Under the pieces are notes generated by a model. That model did not search any database and was not told where the DNA came from. It saw nothing but the letters and a program-made list of their open reading frames with translations. A DNA stretch of 64,000 nucleotides, taken from NCBI GenBank assembly GCA_918797485.1, contig CAKKNE010000006.1, positions 1,178,001-1,242,000 of the forward strand, in the 5' to 3' direction. Of the stretch, positions 59,280 through 64,000 are shown piece by piece. Position numbers and translations under genes: made by a program. The stretch's first letter is position 1. Every line of letters starts with the position of its first letter. The DNA comes from Pelagomonas calceolata (Eukaryota).

Positions 59280-60473
59280 TCACAGTTCCCCGCCGCGGAG
59301 GTGTGTTTCAAGTGGCGCCCGCAGGACCTCAGCAGGCAGCCGCGCGTGGAACTCGTCGGCGAGGGCGCAGCCGTCTCCATCCCCACGGACGGCGGCGACG
59401 CCGCACGTGTCTCCAGCACGATGTCGAAGCAAAGCCGCCTCGACCTTTAGCAGGCCAAGCTCGAGCTGCCCCGCGTAGAAGAGCGTCGTGTAGAGCGGAC
59501 CCTCCCTTAAAGATTGAAGCTTGGGATTGTCCTCCGCCACAAGAACAGTGACACCGCACGCTCTAGCTTCGAGCACCGCCCGTTCCCCACCCCCGCGCCA
59601 GTCGTCGGGGACGAGCACGTTTTTTGATGATGCGACCAGCGCCATCATGTCGATCCAAGATACGGCCTCGCGCACCTCGACGCCCGAGGCCTGTAACTTA
59701 TCTATAGCTCGCTGGGCGATGTCGGAAATCGAGCCGCCGTTGTCCCGAATCTTGCCGATCGCCAGACGTCTCCCATTCAGCTGGGCCAGGGCCTCGGGCC
59801 GCTTGAAGCCGAGGTGGTCCCCGAAGGCGCCGACGAAGAGGTAGTCCCACGTCTCTTCCGTTGGTGTGCATGCTTCTCTCGCGCCGTCGGCATTAATCCC
59901 AAACGCTTGGACTAATCGTGGATGCTTCTCCCTCAAAAACGCGTCGAGGTACCAGTTTGTTTCTGGATACAACACATCATAGAACCGCGACAGTGCAACA
60001 CCAGTAGGTGGGGGATAGCTCCCCGCGATCTGCAAGGATCTCGTAAGTGCACAAGCGCTACCGTCGTCCTCCCAGAGGTGCCTCCTGACAAACACGTCCA
60101 CGACGTAGTCCCAGTTCGATTTTACAATAAGATGGTCGACCCTTCTCTGTAAAAAGTGGCACAGCTCTCCGGGATGCGCCGGGCGCGCCTTTTCTAGGGA
60201 GGCGACATTCAGCATCAGTACTTGACGCTTCGTCGCCCGCGTCCACGTCTCCAGGGCCCGTGCAAGGCCGAGGTCGGGCTGCTTCAGCGTGGGCGGCTGG
60301 TAATAAACGACCGCGACGCGGCCGAGGCCATTGCGTTTCGGAACGTCCCACGCCTCCACGGCGTCGTTCCACCTACACGAGATGCTATCAGATAGATGCT
60401 CGAGGCAGGTGCCGTTCGTGAAGGCTTGTCCTGTTGTGAGGTAGGCGAGGGGGAGCAGCCTCATTGCTCTCAT
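59280..60473 (-). CDS. Secreted GT-B glycosyltransferase-like protein
   Basis: Signal peptide; WDYLFVG...KRP, V.VP...GGGERAVLEARACGV.V (E-x7-E-like GT-B motif). Confidence 0.55.
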   Translation of the reverse strand: MRAMRLLPLAYLTTGQAFTNGTCLEHLSDSISCRWNDAVEAWDVPKRNGLGRVAVVYYQPPTLKQPDLGLARALETWTRATKRQVLMLNVASLEKARPAHPGELCHFLQRRVDHLIVKSNWDYVVDVFVRRHLWEDDGSACALTRSLQIAGSYPPPTGVALSRFYDVLYPETNWYLDAFLREKHPRLVQAFGINADGAREACTPTEETWDYLFVGAFGDHLGFKRPEALAQLNGRRLAIGKIRDNGGSISDIAQRAIDKLQASGVEVREAVSWIDMMALVASSKNVLVPDDWRGGGERAVLEARACGVTVLVAEDNPKLQSLREGPLYTTLFYAGQLELGLLKVEAALLRHRAGDTCGVAAVRGDGDGCALADEFHARLPAEVLRAPLETHLRGGEL

Positions 60474-60607
60474 CAGGCCCCAGTGGTGGTCGCGTCAATG
60501 CGTGACGCGTGGGCGCCGGCGACCGATGCTACTCTCGCGGCGCCGTCGCAGCGATATGGGCAGCCTCGACGGCGTCTTGTGGCTGCCAAAGCCATCAGCC
60601 TTTTTTG

Positions 60608-60629
60608 CTAGAGTGTTACAGGCCGCTAG
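60608..60629 (-). promoter_or_regulatory. Degenerate promoter motif copy
   Basis: CTAGAGTGTTACAGGCCGCTAG in a divergent gap. Confidence 0.5.
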
Positions 60630-60778
60630 GATTAAGTGCTCTCCGCATTTTTGGATCTGCAGCGCGCGCTTGTGGATTCTGCGCGCGACAGGCTGTGCTC
60701 GGTCGGAAAGTGCTTTTCACAGCGTTTTCACAGCGCGTACAGAACCTGTGCATCGCGATCCAGCGCTCTGCGCGCTCT

Positions 60779-63142
60779 ATGGCCCTGGTGGATTCAGAAG
60801 GCATGAGGTCGCTGTGCCCCCACGGCAGCGATTGTGGCGGCGGCCGCTGCCTCGGAGAATGGCTGAATAAAAACGTAGCGTCGACGAGGCACCAGGAGGT
60901 GCTCGACGCCGCCGATTGCATCGACGACCTCGTGGTCGCGGACGACGAGGCGGAGATAACGGACACGCTCGGGCTCGATTCGTGGGCGCCCCTACCGCGG
61001 CGGCGATTCCTCAGGGCATGGCGGCAATTGAAGGACGAGTCGCAAGGTGACGCCCCACCGGCGGCCGCGGCGCCGGCCGCGCCGCCGGCCGTGGTGGCGC
61101 CCGCGGCGCCGCCGGTCGCCGTGGCGCCGGCCGTGGCGCCCGTGGTGCCGCCGATCGCTGCGGCGCCAGTCGTGGCGCCGGTCGCGCCGCCGGCAGCGCC
61201 GTTGGTCGCGCCGCCGGCCGCGCCGCCGCTCGTGGCGCCTGCAGCGCCGCTGGCCGCGCCGCCGCTCGTGGCGCCTGCCGCGCCGCCGGCCGTGACGCCG
61301 CTCGCGCCGGCCGTAGCGCCGGCCACTCCTCCGGTCGCCGTGGCGCCGACCGCGCCACCGGCCGTGGCACCGGCCGTGGCGCCCGCGCCGGCACCCCTGC
61401 GCGTGGCGGTGCAGGTGGGCACGAGCAAGTTGCCCTTGAAGGTGCCGCGGCAGGCGGGCGGCACGGTCGACGACCTGTGTCGCACGATCTCCCGCGCGAT
61501 GCACCGCGGCGACGAACGGGTCGTATTGTCCTGCAACGGGTATGACTTGCACCCGACCTTTTCAATCGATCTGTTGGACACCGACAACGTCGACGACATC
61601 GTCGCGACCTTCGCGTCGGAGGCCGCGCCGCCGGCAGCAGCGCCGGTCGCCGCGCCGCCACCGGCCATGCAAGCGCCGCCTCGCGCGCCGCCGCCGCCGT
61701 TGCCGGCGGCCGTGCCGCCCGTCCGAGAGCTCGAAGAGGCGCCGCCGCCGCTGCCGCCTCCTGACGACGACGAGACGACGATGACGAGCCGCCGCTCGGA
61801 CTCCGAGTCTGGCGCGGAGCAGGCGGTTCCGCCGGATCAGGCCGCGCAGGAGGCGCCGGTGTGGTTTCCGCCGGCGCCGTCGCCTCCGCCCTCACCACCC
61901 GCGGCGCCTCTGCCGCCCGCGGAGCCGCCCGTCGCCCAGACGCAGATCGCCGCGCAGTCGCCCGCCGCGCCGCCGCCGGCCACAGTCGCCACGCAGCCGC
62001 CAGCGCCGGCAAAGTCGCACGTCGCGTCTGCGGCGTCGCCGTGGGTCGACGTCTGCACGGATTTGTTGGCGGCGATCGAGAATCAGAAAGGCATCATGGG
62101 CTTCCGCAACCGGCTCGTGAAGGCCGGCTTCCGCTGCGGCCAGCCGATCGTGAAGTGTAGTAAAGGTGGTTACTACGAGATCTCCGTGCCGCTCACCTTC
62201 CCCTGCTGCTACGACGTCGCCGGCAAGGACTACGCGTCGAACCAGGACATGCTGCGGTCGAAGCCCCAGCTCGTCAAGTACTTCGAGGGCTGCATCGCCC
62301 TCGCGCAAGCTGGTGGAGCGTACCGCACGGAGGCCGACCGCGAAAAGGACGAGGGCGAGGACGCGCGGCGCGCCGCGCTGGAGAGCGACGACGACGACGC
62401 CCCGCACGCGCCGCCGCAGCCGATTGTGAGGGTGCCGCCGCCGCCGCGGAAGGCCACGGGCCAGGTCGAGGAGTTCAAGGTCGGTGACCGCGTCAAGGCG
62501 CTCTACCAGCGGGGACAGCGCTGGTACCCCGGCCGCGTCGTCGCCGTGAACGTACAGCATCGATCGCTCGGAGTGTGTGACCGCTCGTACGACATCGAAT
62601 ACGACGATGGCGATGAGGAGTCGAACGTGCGCCCGGCGCTCATGCGACGCATCAGGGCGCCCGCGGCCGCGCGACCGCCGGCTCTGCCCAAACCGCCGCG
62701 CCGGGCCGCGGGTGGCGCGGCGGCACGGCCGTTTCAACCGGAAGAGGACAGCGAGGGCAAGCCCGCGGCGCCCGCGCTGGCGCAGACGCCGGCGACGCCG
62801 CGGCCTGCGGCGCCCAAGAAGCGCCCGCGCTCCCTCGACCTGGGCCCCTGCCGACCGCGCTCCCAGGGGCCGAAGAGCCTCTTCGCGCCGCCGACCGGCC
62901 CGCGCCGCGCCATCAAGCGGGCCCGCGCCGAAGAGCCCGAGTTACTCTTCCGCGAAGGGGACTCGGTGTGGGCCCTCGAGCGCCCCGACATCAAGGAGGC
63001 CGCCCACGGGACGGTCGTCGAGGACGTCCCCGTCGGCGCGACGACGGGCCGCGTCAAGTGGGACAACCCGGCTTACCCCGAGGCGGAGCTGCCGATCGCG
63101 CAGATCGCCCCGGCGCGCTCCGGGCGCCGCTCGTCGCGCTGA
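60779..63142 (+). CDS. Pro/Ala-rich protein with SAM-like, ubiquitin-like and Tudor-like domains
   Basis: N-terminal LGEWL...LG...PL.RRRF..AW; (VAPAAPP)n linker; FKVGDRVKALY..G.RWYPG.V...YDIEYDDGDEE. Confidence 0.6.
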   Translation: MALVDSEGMRSLCPHGSDCGGGRCLGEWLNKNVASTRHQEVLDAADCIDDLVVADDEAEITDTLGLDSWAPLPRRRFLRAWRQLKDESQGDAPPAAAAPAAPPAVVAPAAPPVAVAPAVAPVVPPIAAAPVVAPVAPPAAPLVAPPAAPPLVAPAAPLAAPPLVAPAAPPAVTPLAPAVAPATPPVAVAPTAPPAVAPAVAPAPAPLRVAVQVGTSKLPLKVPRQAGGTVDDLCRTISRAMHRGDERVVLSCNGYDLHPTFSIDLLDTDNVDDIVATFASEAAPPAAAPVAAPPPAMQAPPRAPPPPLPAAVPPVRELEEAPPPLPPPDDDETTMTSRRSDSESGAEQAVPPDQAAQEAPVWFPPAPSPPPSPPAAPLPPAEPPVAQTQIAAQSPAAPPPATVATQPPAPAKSHVASAASPWVDVCTDLLAAIENQKGIMGFRNRLVKAGFRCGQPIVKCSKGGYYEISVPLTFPCCYDVAGKDYASNQDMLRSKPQLVKYFEGCIALAQAGGAYRTEADREKDEGEDARRAALESDDDDAPHAPPQPIVRVPPPPRKATGQVEEFKVGDRVKALYQRGQRWYPGRVVAVNVQHRSLGVCDRSYDIEYDDGDEESNVRPALMRRIRAPAAARPPALPKPPRRAAGGAAARPFQPEEDSEGKPAAPALAQTPATPRPAAPKKRPRSLDLGPCRPRSQGPKSLFAPPTGPRRAIKRARAEEPELLFREGDSVWALERPDIKEAAHGTVVEDVPVGATTGRVKWDNPAYPEAELPIAQIAPARSGRRSSR
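61050..61395 (+). repeat. Coding imperfect tandem repeat (VAPAAPP-like)
   Basis: Repeated GTGGCGCC...GCGCCGCCG units encoding a Pro/Ala/Val linker. Confidence 0.7.
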
Positions 63143-63242
63143 GCGTTCCTCCATCCCCACCCTGTCTGTAACGACGTGAACACATAATGCAGATCTTGAT
63201 TCTCGGCACGAACTCGCACAAAAAGGCTCGGGGCGCGTCCGC

Positions 63243-63265
63243 GCTAGCGGCCTGTAAGACACTAG
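63243..63265 (+). promoter_or_regulatory. Recurrent promoter motif copy
   Basis: GCTAGCGGCCTGTAAGACACTAG ~150 bp upstream of ATG 63418. Confidence 0.7.
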
Positions 63266-63417
63266 CAAGATGCTCTGCCTTCAAGCTCTCCGAGTCGCAC
63301 TGATGGCCATGCGACGCGAAAGCCGTGCAAAACCGATGCGCCAACTACGTCTCATCATTCATTGATCGCTGGGTTCAGTTGCTGCGGTTGCACTGCACAG
63401 CAGCACTGTGTTGCGCC

Positions 63418-64000
63418 ATGCTGCTCCGTCGCGTCGTGACACGCACAGCGTCGCATCGATCACTCGCAACTTTGGACGCGGTGCACAACGTCGACGACTT
63501 CCAGCGGCTAGCGAAAGATGTGCTCGAGCGGCCGCTCTACGAGTACCTCGCGTCCGGCTCCGGCGACGAGGTCACGCTGCGGGAGAACCGCGCGGCCTTT
63601 GGCCGTTACGCGCTGCGGCCGCGCGCGCTGCGGCCGGTCGACGCGCTCTCGACGACCTGCGAGCTCTTCGGCAACGAGCTCGCGCTGCCCGTCTTCGCAT
63701 CGCCCGCGGGCGTGCATTCGCTCGTCGACGACGAGGGTGAGTGCGCCACCGCGCGCGCGTGCGGCCGCGCCGGCGTGCTCTTTGGACTCAGCCAGCACGC
63801 GACTGTCTGCATCGAGGACGTCGCGGCAGCGGCGCCGGGCGCGCATCGCTGGTTCCAGAGCTATTTGTTGAAGGACCGCGCCGCGACGTTGGATTTGGTG
63901 CGGCGCGCCGTCGCCGCGGGGTATCGCGGGGTCTTCCTCACCGTCGACTCCGTGCGCTTCGGCTTCCGCGAGGTGGACGCGAGGAATAACTTCTGCGCGT
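63418..64000 (+). CDS. FMN-dependent alpha-hydroxy acid oxidase/dehydrogenase (glycolate oxidase/L-LDH family), partial
   Basis: Manual translation: MLLRRVVTR...NVDDFQRLAK..L....YEYLASGSGDEVTLRENRAAF...LRPR.L...PVFASPAG...GE..TARA...WFQSY...LTVDS..FG.RE. Open to the window end; absent from the ORF track. Confidence 0.88.
   Translation, partial: MLLRRVVTRTASHRSLATLDAVHNVDDFQRLAKDVLERPLYEYLASGSGDEVTLRENRAAFGRYALRPRALRPVDALSTTCELFGNELALPVFASPAGVHSLVDDEGECATARACGRAGVLFGLSQHATVCIEDVAAAAPGAHRWFQSYLLKDRAATLDLVRRAVAAGYRGVFLTVDSVRFGFREVDARNNFCA

Noticed and set aside
6467..63265. Recurrent CTAG motif read as a CRISPR repeat or MITE
   Set aside because: Copies are single, kilobases apart, vary in spacer length and have no consistent flanking TSD or cas genes; their position tracks gene starts.
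399..63989. Hundreds of overlapping Arg/Ala/Pro-rich ORFs, including long antisense ones (e.g. 43466..45004+, 26872..28116-, 57912..59276-)
   Set aside because: Shadow frames of real genes caused by high GC3 codon bias; no family motifs.
1..64000. tRNA, rRNA, autonomous transposase or viral hallmark genes
   Set aside because: None recognised by eye; tRNAscan/Infernal were not run, so small RNAs cannot be excluded.

Overview
Gene-dense, high-GC eukaryotic nuclear DNA with about 42 short, mostly intron-poor genes. Many proteins have a signal peptide plus an ASAF-like plastid-targeting motif, and several introns are TIR-bounded. This suggests a photosynthetic stramenopile, most likely a pelagophyte (inference). 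Recognisable genes include a partial RNB exoribonuclease, NSF-like AAA ATPase, CWC27, zeta-carotene desaturase, Rab1, DGDG synthase, xanthine/hypoxanthine PRTase, FtsH, a DEAD-box helicase, a RAP-domain repeat protein, a multi-KH protein and a partial FMN alpha-hydroxy acid oxidase. Main findings: (1) a bacterial type I restriction HsdR-like motor fused to a full TFIIS-like module; (2) two selenoprotein genes missed by the ORF track (a Sec-rhodanese/MST and a small Rdx-like protein with GxxU), each followed by a SECIS-like hairpin with an RUGAC/CGAC core and no apical AA; (3) a head-to-head mannitol-1-P dehydrogenase / His-type mannitol-1-phosphatase pair; (4) a ~22-bp bipartite CTAG motif found only upstream of genes (14 clear and 4 degenerate copies); (5) introner-like TIR/8-bp-TSD introns at different stages of decay and in both orientations. 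All calls come from reading the sequence and recalling family motifs; no database searches were run.
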